DNA of 64,000 nt. Origin: an uncultured Planctomycetota bacterium. GTDB lineage: Bacteria > Planctomycetota > JBBTDB01. Shown in pieces: positions 28,294-39,082 of the stretch; positions within the stretch are counted from its first letter, which is position 1, and the number at the start of each line of letters is the position of its first letter. A program made the position numbers and the translations under genes. The notes beneath the pieces were generated by a model. It saw only the letters and a list, made by a program, of their open reading frames with translations. It ran no database searches and had not been told where the DNA came from. The stretch covers positions 12,420 to 76,419 of the forward strand of contig CAZHAR010000001.1 of NCBI GenBank assembly GCA_964530615.1, in the 5' to 3' direction.

Positions 28294-29748
28294 ATGAAAG
28301 TTAGAATTCGATATAAAATTGTCCTTCCCTTTCTTTGCTTATTTATATTAGTGTTTTTATTTGGGTATTGGCACTTGGCAAAAACCTTATCCAAACAGAT
28401 CGAGGAGCAAATCGGAACACAGATGCGGGAAATTGTGTACAGCATCGGACATACCAACTATCTAAGAAACCAAAAAATTGTTGAAAAAGTCAAAGCTCTT
28501 ATTCATGCCGATCTCATTCTCGGGGAACAATTCAATCGTATTTTGAGTAGCACTCTTTCTGTAGAAGAAACAAATCAAGTTTTGTTGTGGATTCGTGAAA
28601 AAAATATCTTTGCTGTGACTCCAGAGATCGACCCCAAATCTTGGCCCGAAAGCAGTCTTATCTTTCGAGAGTTTCGCCTCCCGTCAGGTCTTTATAGCAT
28701 TTTTGCGACCTTCCTCCCAGAAAAGAGAAATCCGCCGTGTTGGATGCTCCTGTTTTTTTCCGAAGAACGCTTTCTCGCTCCTCAGCAAAAAATTTCTAGA
28801 ACCCTTCAATATGCTCTCTATCCTGCTTTAATCCTTATTATCGGAATCGGTTTCCTCATTTCCCTAACCATTACTCGACCCCTCGAAGGACTCTCCAGCG
28901 AAGCCAAACAAATCGCTCATGGAGATTGGGAAAAAAATCTGACAGTTCAAACTTCAGATGAAGTGGGTGAACTCGCTCAATCCTTTAATCTAATGCTACA
29001 AGAGTTGCGTCATACCCAAAGCGAACTCCTTCAAGCAGAAAAATTGGCGACCTTGGGAAAAATCACTGCACGTGTGGCCCACGAAATTCGCAACCCGCTG
29101 ACCTCCATAAGAATGATTTTACAAAACGCTAAACGACGTATTGAACAACAGCAGTTCCCCTCTTCTGAATCTTTTTCGCTGGTGATGGACGAAATCGATC
29201 GTCTTGAATGGATCATTCAGGAACTCTTAAGTTTTGGCCCTAATCCGCCAGAATTGAAACAAGCCTGGATTCCGCTTTATCCTTTATTAGACGGAATGTT
29301 GTCCATCGCTTTAACACGATTCACTCATTTGAAAATTAAACTTCAAAAAGAGTACGATCCCCGCATTACAACGGTTTACGGCGATGGAGATAAAATAAAA
29401 CAAGTTTTCTTAAATTTGCTCTTGAATGCGACTCAGGCGATGCCCAATGGCGGAGAATTAAAGGTGAAAACACAGTTGCAGTTCTCAGGAAGCATAGAAA
29501 TTACGGTTTGCGACACCGGAATGGGCGTTTCTCCTGAGGCCGAAGCTCATCTTTTTAAATCCTTTTTTACGACCCGATCCAACGGAACTGGCTTAGGATT
29601 ATCTACCAGTCGAGAAATTGTGAAGCAACATCAGGGCGAAATGGGATACCGCCGAAAAAATCCGGGTTCCGAATTCTGGTTCACCCTTCCCCACGGAAAT
29701 GATGAAATCTTTTTTCAGAATGCAGAAAAAAAACTGCATCCTCCGTAG
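28294..29748 (+). CDS. Sensor histidine kinase (two TM helices, periplasmic sensor, HAMP, HisKA, HATPase_c)
   Basis: H-box ARVAHEIRNPLTSI. G-box GTGLGLSTSREIV. HAMP region after TM2. Preceded by a CCCCCT-TCGG-AGGGGG hairpin (28265-28280) and a GGAGGA RBS. Confidence 0.8.
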   Translation: MKVRIRYKIVLPFLCLFILVFLFGYWHLAKTLSKQIEEQIGTQMREIVYSIGHTNYLRNQKIVEKVKALIHADLILGEQFNRILSSTLSVEETNQVLLWIREKNIFAVTPEIDPKSWPESSLIFREFRLPSGLYSIFATFLPEKRNPPCWMLLFFSEERFLAPQQKISRTLQYALYPALILIIGIGFLISLTITRPLEGLSSEAKQIAHGDWEKNLTVQTSDEVGELAQSFNLMLQELRHTQSELLQAEKLATLGKITARVAHEIRNPLTSIRMILQNAKRRIEQQQFPSSESFSLVMDEIDRLEWIIQELLSFGPNPPELKQAWIPLYPLLDGMLSIALTRFTHLKIKLQKEYDPRITTVYGDGDKIKQVFLNLLLNATQAMPNGGELKVKTQLQFSGSIEITVCDTGMGVSPEAEAHLFKSFFTTRSNGTGLGLSTSREIVKQHQGEMGYRRKNPGSEFWFTLPHGNDEIFFQNAEKKLHPP

Positions 29749-29764
29749 GGGTCATTTTAAAATT

Positions 29765-29865
29765 CCCTACTGTCATTGCGAAGGCAGTGAAGCAATCTCC
29801 GAAAGATTCAAGCGGTACGGAGATTGCTTCTTCGGCTTGCGCCTCATCGCAATGACAATAGGGAC
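29765..29865. repeat. MITE/REP-like nested palindromic element, family 'tgtcattgcgaa', copy A
   Basis: Outer inverted repeat ctactgTCATTGCGAAggc / gcCTCATCGCAATGACAatag. Inner inverted repeat GAAGCAATCTCCG / CGGAGATTGCTTC. Starts 17 nt after the histidine kinase stop. Confidence 0.8.
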
Positions 29866-29929
29866 TTTTTTTTTATAGCGTTGGAAAGATTTTTGCTAGA
29901 AGTGCTTCCACTTAGAAAAATTTCTCTTT

Positions 29930-31015
29930 TTGGAGCTTTCTATGAATTTTCCAACAATATTCATTCTCCTTGTTACCCTTTTCTTCAGCGGTTGTCAATC
30001 CAGCCGTCCTTTTGTAGTGACCAACGCGACTCAACTTGGAGATCTTTATTACCACGGAGAACTAACCGATTCTGAGGGGCATCGCTGGAACGTGATGATC
30101 CTGCCCGGAATTCGTCCTATGGCTCGCTGGAGTGCCGAATCTTTTGAAGAGTGCGGCGATTCACTCTCTTCTTATGGGAAAAAAAGCTTTTGGAACGATT
30201 GTGGAAAATTAGCGGAAGACTCCTTAGAATTTTCTAAAGATTCTCTTGTGGAATATGGCTGGGAAGGAATCGGAGACGACTTCGAGAATGCCACAAAAAA
30301 TATTTCTGACAACGCTTCTCAAGCTCCATTTGGCTGGATTCCCCGAATTATTGGAAATGTGTTTTGGGGCTATGTGCTAAAACCGGCTTTTCGGATCACC
30401 ACCGCGCCGGTCGGTGCGGCGATGGGAGCTTGTGGAACCCTTATTCTACCAGCAGGATATGCATTGGCTCCAATAGGATATACGATTGGAAACTCGACTC
30501 TGAATGGAATTCTCATTCCGACATTAGGAATAACGGCTCATCAACTGGTTTATCTCATGGTTCTTCCAAACCGCGAACCCTCGGAATCAATGGATGGTTC
30601 TTTTGGTTTGTATATTATTAACCCAGAATCAAAGACAGTCGAAAAAACTCCAGAAATGACGCTCTCTCCAGAGGATTTGAAAAAACTGTTTCTCCTCTTT
30701 TTACAGTTGAAAAAGGCTCAAGCGGAATATGAATGGAGGTCTCAAGAATACTATAAAGCCAGCGATCAACAAACGCAGTTAGACGCTGACGTCAACGCGT
30801 GGCACAGTGGCGAAACTTTAAAGCTTTCGCCAGAAACGCAACAGTATTTGAATCGTCAATTTAAAAAGGACTTTGAAGCCCAATGGAACAAAATGCAACA
30901 ATCCAACTCTGAAAACATCGCTCCCTATTGGAAAAACCTAGACGGGAGCTTTCAAGAATTTCAAGAATTGCTGAATGCAAAAGTCCCTTCAATTATTATT
31001 TCACCACAAAATTGA
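29930..31015 (+). CDS. Lipoprotein, hypothetical (central hydrophobic region, C-terminal coiled coil)
   Basis: Lipobox FFSGCQS. Its 3' end overlaps the convergent leuS 3' end by 20 nt. Confidence 0.45.
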   Translation: MELSMNFPTIFILLVTLFFSGCQSSRPFVVTNATQLGDLYYHGELTDSEGHRWNVMILPGIRPMARWSAESFEECGDSLSSYGKKSFWNDCGKLAEDSLEFSKDSLVEYGWEGIGDDFENATKNISDNASQAPFGWIPRIIGNVFWGYVLKPAFRITTAPVGAAMGACGTLILPAGYALAPIGYTIGNSTLNGILIPTLGITAHQLVYLMVLPNREPSESMDGSFGLYIINPESKTVEKTPEMTLSPEDLKKLFLLFLQLKKAQAEYEWRSQEYYKASDQQTQLDADVNAWHSGETLKLSPETQQYLNRQFKKDFEAQWNKMQQSNSENIAPYWKNLDGSFQEFQELLNAKVPSIIISPQN

Positions 31016-33662
31016 CCAGTTTATTGGGAACGAACACTATTTTTTGAATCGTCTTGCCTTCCAGCGCTTTCTGGATTTTATCGAGGCCCATAATCTGACT
31101 TTCCAGTTCGGCTTGTGGCATATCTTTCGGAAATTCAAAAGCGCCACGGAGTTTTCCGTTGACCTGAACTGCAATATTGACCTTCGTTTCGATCAGATAC
31201 TTCGGATCCGCTTGTGGCCACGATTCATACGTCAGCGTTGTGGTATGCCCTAAAGCTTCCCATAATTCTTCACACAGATGTGGAGCATACGGAGCCAGCA
31301 ATATCACAAACGGTTCCAGTACCGATTTGGGTTTTTCTTTGCTGGCGGTCAGGGTATTAACAAATTCCATCATTCGACTGATCGCCGTATTAAAACGCAT
31401 ATTTTCTGTATCAAATGTCACGGCTTCAATCGTTTTATGCAAAATGCGTAATTCTGCTTCAGTGGCTTCTGCCGTGGGCGAAACCTTGTAGTTTCCATCG
31501 CTATCAAAAAACAGTCTCCACACCCGATTCAGAAACTTGGAGACGCCTTCCACTCCTTTCATAGACCACGGTTTTACAATTTCTAACGGGCCCATAAACA
31601 TTTCAAACAGCCTCAGTGAGTCTGACCCATACGCTTCGATCACATCATCCGGATTGATGACATTTCCGCGACTCTTGGACATTTTTTCCATAATCTCATC
31701 CAGCGGATATTCCAGATATTCTGGATGGTGAGGCTTGTCTTGAATAAACTGAACCTCTTTAGAAGAGAAGACTTTTTCTTCCAGCAGTTCGTTTTTTTCT
31801 TTACTGTAATAGTCGGTATCGCCATTTGCGTTCGTTTTTTCCACAACTTCTTTATACCGATAGACGGGTTTGGATTGCCCTTTCGGAATAAAGCCTCGGT
31901 AGGTATATCCCAAGATCAGTCCTTGATTCACCAGTTTTTGAAAGGGTTCTTTCGTATGAACATAGCCCAGATCATACAAAACCTTGTGCCAAAAACGTGC
32001 GTACAACAGATGCAGAACCGCGTGTTCAGCGCCTCCTACATACAGATCTACGGGCATCCAGTATTTTTCAGCTTCTGAGGACCACGCAGATTCACTATTT
32101 TGAGGATCAATATAGCGCAGATAGTACCAACAAGAACCCGCCCATTGAGGCATCGTGTTCGTTTCTCGCTTTGCTTTCATCCCTGTTTCTGGATCAATGG
32201 TTTCGACCCAAAAACGAACATTGGCCAGCGGAGATTCTCCGGTTTCTGAGGGTTGGTATTTCTCAACTTCCGGGAGTGTCAGTGGCAATTCTGATTCTTT
32301 CAAGGGTTTGGGACCTTTTTCGGTATGCAGGATCGGGAAGGGTTCTCCCCAATACCGTTGGCGACTGAAAACCCAATCTCTCAGCTTATAATTGATTTTC
32401 CGAGAGCCTATTTTGTTTTTTTCCAGATGCTCAATCATTTTATTTTTGGCGGTCGCGCTGTTCATCCCATTCATAAAGTCGGAATTCACTGAAACGCCAT
32501 CACCTGTAAAAGCTTCTTTATTCAGATCTCCACCCGAAACGACTTCCACAATTTCCAGATTGAATTTTTTGGCAAATTCATAATCACGAGTATCGTGTCC
32601 CGGGACGGACATAATAGCTCCGGTTCCATAGCTCATCAGTACATAATCCGCAATCCAAATCGGAATCTGTTTTTGGTTTACGGGATTGATCACACTCGCG
32701 CCAGTAAAGACGCCCGTTTTTTCTTTAGCCAAATCCGTACGATCCAGATCGCTTTTGCTCGCTACTTTCTTTTGATAGTCTTCCACCGCCGATTTTTGAG
32801 CAGGGGTCGTTATCTTGGGAACCAGCGGATGCTCAGGAGACAGAACCATAAAGGTCGCTCCAAACAGCGTATCCGGGCGGGAAGTAAAAATCATTACAAA
32901 ATGTTTATCAGGAGAATCGACTTGAAAACGAACTTCGGCCCCTTCAGAGCGTCCGATCCAATTTCTTTGCTGTTCCTTAATCGCTTCGGGCCAATCCAGT
33001 GTTTCCAAATCGTCCAGCAATCGATCCGCGTAGGCCGTGATTTTCAGCATCCATTGCCGCAGATTTTTTCGGCTGACTTTGTGATTACAACGATCACAGC
33101 GTCCTTCCTTGACTTCTTCGTTCGCCAGTCCGGTTTTGCAGGAATGGCACCAGTTAATGGGCATCTCGGATTCATAGGCCAACCCTTTTTCATACAATTT
33201 CAAAAAAATCCATTGGGTCCATTTATAATAGGAGGGATCGGTCGTATTGACTTCGCGATCCCAATCATAAGAGAACCCCAGTCTTTTGATCTGTCGTTTA
33301 AAATTCTGGATATTTTTGGCGGTCGTCGTTGCCGGGTGAGTTCCCGTTTTCAGCGCGTAGTTTTCCGCAGGTAATCCAAATGCGTCCCAACCCATAGGAT
33401 GAAGAACATTAAAGCGGTTCATCCGTTTAAAGCGACAATAAATATCTGTCGCGGTGTATCCTTCTGGATGTCCGATGTGCAACCCTTCTCCGGAGGGATA
33501 AGGAAACATATCCAGACAATAAAATTTCTTTTTTTGAGGGTCGATTTCAACTTTAAACGTTTTGTGAATCTCCCAATAGTCTTGCCATTTTTTTTCGATA
33601 CTGGCAAAATCATAGTTCCCGCGGATTTTCGGCGACATAAACATTCCTCTGGCAAAATTCAA
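30996..33662 (-). CDS. leuS: Leucyl-tRNA synthetase
   Basis: HIGH motif (LHIGHPEGY), KMSKS motif (KMSKSRGN), CP1 editing and zinc-cluster regions. The true start may be the internal Met 9 (33638). Confidence 0.92.
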   Translation of the reverse strand: MNFARGMFMSPKIRGNYDFASIEKKWQDYWEIHKTFKVEIDPQKKKFYCLDMFPYPSGEGLHIGHPEGYTATDIYCRFKRMNRFNVLHPMGWDAFGLPAENYALKTGTHPATTTAKNIQNFKRQIKRLGFSYDWDREVNTTDPSYYKWTQWIFLKLYEKGLAYESEMPINWCHSCKTGLANEEVKEGRCDRCNHKVSRKNLRQWMLKITAYADRLLDDLETLDWPEAIKEQQRNWIGRSEGAEVRFQVDSPDKHFVMIFTSRPDTLFGATFMVLSPEHPLVPKITTPAQKSAVEDYQKKVASKSDLDRTDLAKEKTGVFTGASVINPVNQKQIPIWIADYVLMSYGTGAIMSVPGHDTRDYEFAKKFNLEIVEVVSGGDLNKEAFTGDGVSVNSDFMNGMNSATAKNKMIEHLEKNKIGSRKINYKLRDWVFSRQRYWGEPFPILHTEKGPKPLKESELPLTLPEVEKYQPSETGESPLANVRFWVETIDPETGMKAKRETNTMPQWAGSCWYYLRYIDPQNSESAWSSEAEKYWMPVDLYVGGAEHAVLHLLYARFWHKVLYDLGYVHTKEPFQKLVNQGLILGYTYRGFIPKGQSKPVYRYKEVVEKTNANGDTDYYSKEKNELLEEKVFSSKEVQFIQDKPHHPEYLEYPLDEIMEKMSKSRGNVINPDDVIEAYGSDSLRLFEMFMGPLEIVKPWSMKGVEGVSKFLNRVWRLFFDSDGNYKVSPTAEATEAELRILHKTIEAVTFDTENMRFNTAISRMMEFVNTLTASKEKPKSVLEPFVILLAPYAPHLCEELWEALGHTTTLTYESWPQADPKYLIETKVNIAVQVNGKLRGAFEFPKDMPQAELESQIMGLDKIQKALEGKTIQKIVFVPNKLVNFVVK

Positions 33663-33764
33663 TTCTGAAAAAAGGTTTCTTTAAAGGTGGAAAGAATTAT
33701 ACTTTAAAAGGAAATTTTCAAAATAGTTCAGATGTATTGCTTTTCACTAAGAAGAGAGAATATT

Positions 33765-35837
33765 ATGAGTTTTCGTAGAAGTTTGAATTTTTTTATCTTC
33801 AGTTGTTTTTGCCTCTCAGGGATCCTAGCGCAAGAGGCTTCCGAAACTCTTTTATTTGAAGCCAAACAAAAATATAAAGAGGCCCAGCAAGAAAATGAAC
33901 GAGTGCTTCAAGATCCCTCTACTACTCAGCGACAAAAGACCATTCGATCCATTCGCCACGCTTTGAATGTGTATTCTCAAATCATTGAACAATATCCAGA
34001 GAAGGAAGAAAGCGTCACCGAAGAGATGGCTGTCTTAAATTCTTGGCTATTTTGGACCCGAAAATTTGCGCCCATTGATTTCAAGGAAGAGGACTCCGAG
34101 ACGAAACCAGAAGACCCGCCAAAACCTCCAAAGGAATCTCCGAACTCCCCTGAAGAAGCCACGGAAACTGGAGAGGATATTTCTTCATTGCCCCTTGATC
34201 TCCAGAAAATCGAAAAGATAGAACCCCCCCCAGAGATTGAGAAAAAGATCCTCTCTCAGGAGCCAACACGTGAAGCCAAATACCCTTTGGAAACCGCTTG
34301 TTATTTTCGTCAAAAAATAGCGAAAATGCTCCAAAATCGTCGATTTTTCGAGGCCATTGAACAATGCAAAAATGCCCGTGCGAACGCGATGAATCTAGAA
34401 TATCAAGCGGAACTTGACGGAATGGCCGAAGATCTTCAATCCTGCCTTCAACTCTACCAACAATGGATCGAGGTGCTCAAGGACCCGTCTGCATTAACGC
34501 TGAAATTTAAGCTCATCACCGGACTTAAGTTAGAAGGGTCTGTGAAAAAATTTGACCAGAAACTTCTTCATGTCGAAAGTACTCAAGGAACAATGGGAAT
34601 CAATATTTTCATGCTTTCGACGGAGACACTGATCGAAATGGCAAAACTGAAAAAATTGCCACAACTTGAAGAATTAGGCACTCTCTTAGCCTTCTGGGAA
34701 GGAAACGCGAGTAAAGCCGGAGAGGGCTTTAAATCTCATAACGATTTCAAAAATGCGACGACCTATCTGAAAAAACTGGAACAATGGAAATCTCACGAAA
34801 AACAAGTTCAAACGTTGGAAAAAGAAAGATCAAATCAATTTAAACAGACGGAAAAAAGCTATGATTTGTTCAACCAAGTACTCGAAGAGTTGAATCACAA
34901 AGACGAAAACAAGGCCCTTTATGAAATTTCCAAACTGTGTCCGCTTCTGACCCCAGAAACGACTCAGGAAATGGAAGAATTGCTGAAAAAAGAGATTAAA
35001 AAAGACTGGATCCAACTTATTTCTGATCTCCGTTATCGATGCACCACTTGTAATGAAGATCGAAAACTTTCTTGTACGCCTTGCAATGGAAAGGGACGAA
35101 CCAAGAATCCTCCTCATTTCTCGGCAAAACCAGACAGTAGCGGACAATTTATCTGCCCGAAGTGTAAAGGGCAAGGGATGTTTACTTGTGGCGCCTGTGT
35201 CTGGCGCTTTGGAGATCCGAAAGCGCAAGGAGTTGAAAAATATTTTGCGGTTCCGTCCGCGACCACGGAAAAAAAACTCTATTCACCTCTTCAAAAAACA
35301 GTCATTACGGGCGAAGTACGTTGGGGCGATCTTCTCTGTGAAGAGTTTAACGTGATATTAATTGGAACTGGGGCTAATCATGGTAAAGAAGGCAAAGCCT
35401 ATCAAACAGAGGTTCAATCCGGCAGTTATTTCCAATTTGAAGTGCCACAAGGATCCTATAGTTTGTTTTATTGGAAAGATACCGTCGTATTTCGTAAAAA
35501 TATTATCGCGGATAAAGGATCTCTACAGGTGAACCTCGCTATCAAGAGCACTATTGATTTTTTAAGTCCAGAAGAGCCAAACGCAGTTCTCACGCGCCCA
35601 CCTTTCTTAAAATGGACTCATAACAAGGAAGAACATTTTGTAGTCAAAGTATTTCAAATAGAAAATTCTAAAAGCTTCTTCCAATATAAACCGATTGCGA
35701 TTTTTTATCAGGTCGGGAACAGTCTGTTGATCCCAAAAAAAGAAGCGGTTCTAGGAAAAACTTATCTCGTGTTGATTCATGGCTATGGAGGAACCCAATT
35801 AATGAGTCAGGGGCGAACCACGTTCAAAGTTAAATAA
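33765..35837 (+). CDS. Secreted coiled-coil protein with a DnaJ-type cysteine-rich zinc-finger (CxxCxGxG) module
   Basis: Signal peptide MSFRRSLNFFIFSCFCLSGILA. CTTC...CTPCNGKG...CPKCKGQG...CGAC gives four CxxC pairs with the GxG spacing typical of the DnaJ zinc-finger. C-terminal beta-rich domain. Confidence 0.5.
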   Translation: MSFRRSLNFFIFSCFCLSGILAQEASETLLFEAKQKYKEAQQENERVLQDPSTTQRQKTIRSIRHALNVYSQIIEQYPEKEESVTEEMAVLNSWLFWTRKFAPIDFKEEDSETKPEDPPKPPKESPNSPEEATETGEDISSLPLDLQKIEKIEPPPEIEKKILSQEPTREAKYPLETACYFRQKIAKMLQNRRFFEAIEQCKNARANAMNLEYQAELDGMAEDLQSCLQLYQQWIEVLKDPSALTLKFKLITGLKLEGSVKKFDQKLLHVESTQGTMGINIFMLSTETLIEMAKLKKLPQLEELGTLLAFWEGNASKAGEGFKSHNDFKNATTYLKKLEQWKSHEKQVQTLEKERSNQFKQTEKSYDLFNQVLEELNHKDENKALYEISKLCPLLTPETTQEMEELLKKEIKKDWIQLISDLRYRCTTCNEDRKLSCTPCNGKGRTKNPPHFSAKPDSSGQFICPKCKGQGMFTCGACVWRFGDPKAQGVEKYFAVPSATTEKKLYSPLQKTVITGEVRWGDLLCEEFNVILIGTGANHGKEGKAYQTEVQSGSYFQFEVPQGSYSLFYWKDTVVFRKNIIADKGSLQVNLAIKSTIDFLSPEEPNAVLTRPPFLKWTHNKEEHFVVKVFQIENSKSFFQYKPIAIFYQVGNSLLIPKKEAVLGKTYLVLIHGYGGTQLMSQGRTTFKVK

Positions 35838-35839
35838 CC

Positions 35840-36097
35840 CCTTATTCTCATTGCGAACGCGGTGAGAAGCCATTTTAAAAATAGAAGAATTCGGATTTTT
35901 CCTTTTTGTCATTTCGAAGCGATAGCGAGAAATCTTAAGGTTTTTAGCGATACCTAAGATTTCTCTTCGGCATAAAGCCTCATCGAAATGACAGAGAACA
36001 TGATTTTTAAAATGGCTTCTGAAGCAATCTCCGTTATGCTTGAAATTTGCAGAGATTGCTTCGTCGCCTTTGAGGCTCCTCGCAACGACAATAAGAT
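35840..36097. repeat. MITE/REP-like composite element, family 'tgtcattgcgaa', copy B (about 258 bp, 2-3 nested palindromic subunits)
   Basis: Terminal inverted repeats cttatTCTCATTGCGAAcgc ... gctcCTCGCAACGACAataag. Internal subunits tgtcatttcgaagcg...cctcatcgaaatgaca and gaagcaatctccg...agagattgcttcg. Fills the gap between two gene 3' ends. Confidence 0.8.
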
Positions 36098-36119
36098 CTG
36101 TTCTCAACAACGGGAAAGA

Positions 36120-38396
36120 TCAGAGCATTGCGAGCGGGTCCACGTCAACCGCGCATTGAATTTGTTCGTCACTCTGAAGAAATTTTCGACAGGTTCTTTG
36201 GAGTTGTTGTAACGCAATCGGATTTGCGCTTTTGGCTAGAAGCTGAAACCTGAACTTATTTTTAATTCGCATAATTGGGGCCGGAGCCGGTCCCAGAATT
36301 TCGATTTCTGGAGTGGCCAGTTTTCGGATCGCCTCCGCAATATTTTCGGCTCGCTTTTGGACCGCCAGATTTTCTTCTCCTCGAATTAAAATACGCATTA
36401 AAAAGCCAAAGGGCGGATACCCTAGATTTTCCCGAAACTGGAGTTCTTCGCGCGCGAAATTTTCATACTCTCCGCGAGAGGCTTTTTGGATTGCATAATG
36501 TTCGGGTTGAAAGGTCTGTACCACAACAAGACCCCGTTTCCCTCCGCGACCTGTGCGTCCAGAGACTTGAGCAATCAATTGAAAGGTTCGCTCCGCCGCG
36601 CGGAAATCCGGAAAGTTCAATGCGGAGTCTGCATGAATCACTCCGACTAAAGTGACATTATGAAAATCAAACCCTTTCGCGATCATCTGAGTGCCGATCA
36701 AAATATCGATTTCATGTTGTTGAAATTGAGAAAGCACTTTCTGATACAAGTTTCCGCTACGCATACTATCGCCATCCATTCGAGCGATTCGAGCTGTGGG
36801 AAAAATGGTTTGGGTCAGGGCCTCAATTTTTTCTGTCCCGGATCCTAGGTAACGTACGGTAGAAGAGTGACATTCTGGACAGCTTTCCGGTGGAGCCTCG
36901 TCTGAATTACAATAATGGCAAATCGCGCGTGCCATTTTTTTATGGAAGGTCATCGAGACATCGCAAAACGCGCATTTCATGACCCATCCACATTGTTTAC
37001 AATCTAGATAGGTTGAAAAACCGCGACGATTGAGAAAAAAAATCGCCTGTTCTTTGCGTTCGAGACATTCATTCGTCGACTGTTTTAAGAGGCGCGAAAA
37101 GAGAACAAACTGTTTCGTTTCTCTCATTTCACTGCCCATATCGACCACATAGACTTGGGGCATCGATTGGTTATAAACCCGATTTGTCAATTTAATATGA
37201 TGGTATTTTTTGGTACAGGCTTTGTGATAAGTATCTAAAGACGGTGTGGCCGTTCCGAGAATCACTGCGGCGCCTTCCATTTTAGCGCGCATAATGGAGA
37301 CTTCCCTCGCATGATAAAAAGGAGCATTCTGTTGCTTAAACGAAGTTTCATGTTCTTCATCAAGAATAATTACGCCCAACTTTTGTACCGGAGCAAATAC
37401 CGCAGAACGAGGCCCAATCACCACATCCGCGTTTCCTTCAAAAATGTATTTCCATTGATAATGTCTTTGAGCATCAGTGAGTTTGGAATGGAGAAGCGCA
37501 ACTCGAGAAAATCGCTGTTTGAATCGTGCCACGGTTTGAGGAGTCAACGCGATTTCTGGAACCAGAACAATGGCTTGTTGCTTTTGTTCAACGACTTTTT
37601 GAATCGCGCGTAAATACACTTCTGTTTTTCCGGAACCCGTGACTCCTTCAAGCAAAGTAACTGAAAAATGCTGAGGTTTTAAGAGGGGTTCCAGTTGATC
37701 CATCGCACTTTTTTGTTCCACAGTCAATTTATAAACGGGGGCGGGTACCGAAAGGAGATCGCCAAAGGGGTCGAGAGCGACTTCTCGCTGTTCCCACTGC
37801 AAAATTCCTTTTTTTTTCAGGGTGAGAATCGGAGAAACCGTTATTCCAAGGATTCGAGCCAATTCATAAGGATGGAACTCTTGATCGATTCCTTCTTTAA
37901 AAACGCGTAAAATGCGGGACTGTTGTGGATATTTTTCATCCAGTTCCTTAATTTTTTGGTCGAGTTCGGTTTCATTCAATTTCAGGCGGATGAACGGGGT
38001 GAGTCGAGAGCGAACTTGGTTTTTGACCGCGCGTGGGATAAAGGCTTCTAATACTTCGCCTAAAGAACAACAATAATAATTACCGATCCATTCGGCTAAC
38101 CGAAGAAGGATTGGCGAGATCAAAATTTCTAGATCGAGAACTTCTTGAATATCACGAACCGGAAAAACCTCGGGTTGAGCCAAAAGCGTAATACAAAACC
38201 CTGTTTCCACTCGATTGCGAAACGGAGCCTTGACTCGTTTACCAATCGCGATTTGATTTTTTAAGTGAGGGGGAACCCGATAATGAAAGAGGCGAAAAAT
38301 GGGAAGCGGGATAGCCACAGCACAAAAAAGCTCTTCCGCTTGCACGGAAGGTTGAGGATTTTCAACAGGAAGTAGCGATTGTGGAGGCGTATTCAA
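36120..38396 (-). CDS. priA: Primosomal protein N' (replication restart helicase PriA)
   Basis: Walker A GVTGSGKTEVY. DEEH box ILDEEHETS. Cys4-Cys4 zinc-binding insert CKQCG...CAFC...CHYC...CPEC. C-terminal domain. Confidence 0.9.
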   Translation of the reverse strand: MNTPPQSLLPVENPQPSVQAEELFCAVAIPLPIFRLFHYRVPPHLKNQIAIGKRVKAPFRNRVETGFCITLLAQPEVFPVRDIQEVLDLEILISPILLRLAEWIGNYYCCSLGEVLEAFIPRAVKNQVRSRLTPFIRLKLNETELDQKIKELDEKYPQQSRILRVFKEGIDQEFHPYELARILGITVSPILTLKKKGILQWEQREVALDPFGDLLSVPAPVYKLTVEQKSAMDQLEPLLKPQHFSVTLLEGVTGSGKTEVYLRAIQKVVEQKQQAIVLVPEIALTPQTVARFKQRFSRVALLHSKLTDAQRHYQWKYIFEGNADVVIGPRSAVFAPVQKLGVIILDEEHETSFKQQNAPFYHAREVSIMRAKMEGAAVILGTATPSLDTYHKACTKKYHHIKLTNRVYNQSMPQVYVVDMGSEMRETKQFVLFSRLLKQSTNECLERKEQAIFFLNRRGFSTYLDCKQCGWVMKCAFCDVSMTFHKKMARAICHYCNSDEAPPESCPECHSSTVRYLGSGTEKIEALTQTIFPTARIARMDGDSMRSGNLYQKVLSQFQQHEIDILIGTQMIAKGFDFHNVTLVGVIHADSALNFPDFRAAERTFQLIAQVSGRTGRGGKRGLVVVQTFQPEHYAIQKASRGEYENFAREELQFRENLGYPPFGFLMRILIRGEENLAVQKRAENIAEAIRKLATPEIEILGPAPAPIMRIKNKFRFQLLAKSANPIALQQLQRTCRKFLQSDEQIQCAVDVDPLAML

Positions 38397-38406
38397 GGAG
38401 GTTCCT

Positions 38407-38448
38407 CAAAAAAAAAAGGATTTGCAACACTCGATGAGGGCAAATCCT
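38407..38448 (-). terminator. Rho-independent terminator (minus strand)
   Basis: On the minus strand: AGGATTTGC-14 nt loop-GCAAATCCT perfect 9-bp stem followed by a T10 run. It sits between the stop of the 38478 gene and the priA start. Confidence 0.75.
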
Positions 38449-38477
38449 GAACATCAACGAACAAAAAAAAGAGGGAA

Positions 38478-38909
38478 TTAACGGCCTTCCGTTTCTTGTT
38501 TATTCATTTTTTCTAAACCTTTTTCAAGATCTGCAGGGCCAAGTCCTTTATCGCTTCCTTCGTTATAGGCGATAATTTCTCCATCGGAATCAATCCGACG
38601 AACCCCGATCAGTCTGACCTTTGAGCCCCCTTTGCATTCATAAACCATAATGGCTTTATGTTCGCCAGTGACTTTACAGAGCCATAATTGTTGTGTAGAG
38701 CTTGCATAGTTTACGGCGACTGCAATATATCCATTTCCGCTGTCCACATCGGCTTCTGCACGGTTCATTTTGCTATCGACCACAATCATCCCTAAGAGAG
38801 CCACACACATACAAAGAAGAACGACGATTGTTTTAGAATAAGCAGTTGTGTTCATACGTTTTCCTTTCAATTTAGAACTATTAATATCCTGCCTAAAAAG
38901 ACGAGACAC
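38478..38909 (-). CDS. Hypothetical small exported/membrane-anchored protein
   Basis: Hydrophobic N-terminal segment after the probable start at Met19 (MNTTAYSKTIVVLLCMCVALLGMIVV). No recognisable domain. Confidence 0.4.
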   Translation of the reverse strand: MSRLFRQDINSSKLKGKRMNTTAYSKTIVVLLCMCVALLGMIVVDSKMNRAEADVDSGNGYIAVAVNYASSTQQLWLCKVTGEHKAIMVYECKGGSKVRLIGVRRIDSDGEIIAYNEGSDKGLGPADLEKGLEKMNKQETEGR

Positions 38910-39082
38910 TCTCCCATTTGTGACAAAAAAATATTTTTATCGGAAGAATTTTTGAATTTTAAAGAATCGCTGACTTTATTTTATGCTTCATTTGGATGGA
39001 AAAAATCTTTTTAAAGCTCGTGCATTGTATCAGGGACTTTTTTAAAATACAACTTCAATTTTTGAACGAGGCCCTATAAAAA

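Noticed and set aside
29824-30075. Track ORFs 29824..30075 and 44258..44518 (MLLRLAPHRNDN...) and the first 56 codons of 44154..46343
   Set aside because: They are translations of the palindromic MITE copies. The same peptide appears wherever the repeat occurs, so they are spurious.
31177-33374. Numerous 60-260-aa ORFs antisense to leuS, and similar antisense ORFs inside priA, the poly-Gly lipoprotein, DUF1800, the Ser/Thr kinase and others
   Set aside because: They lie wholly inside long genes that have strong motif support. They are low-complexity with no motifs, typical six-frame noise.
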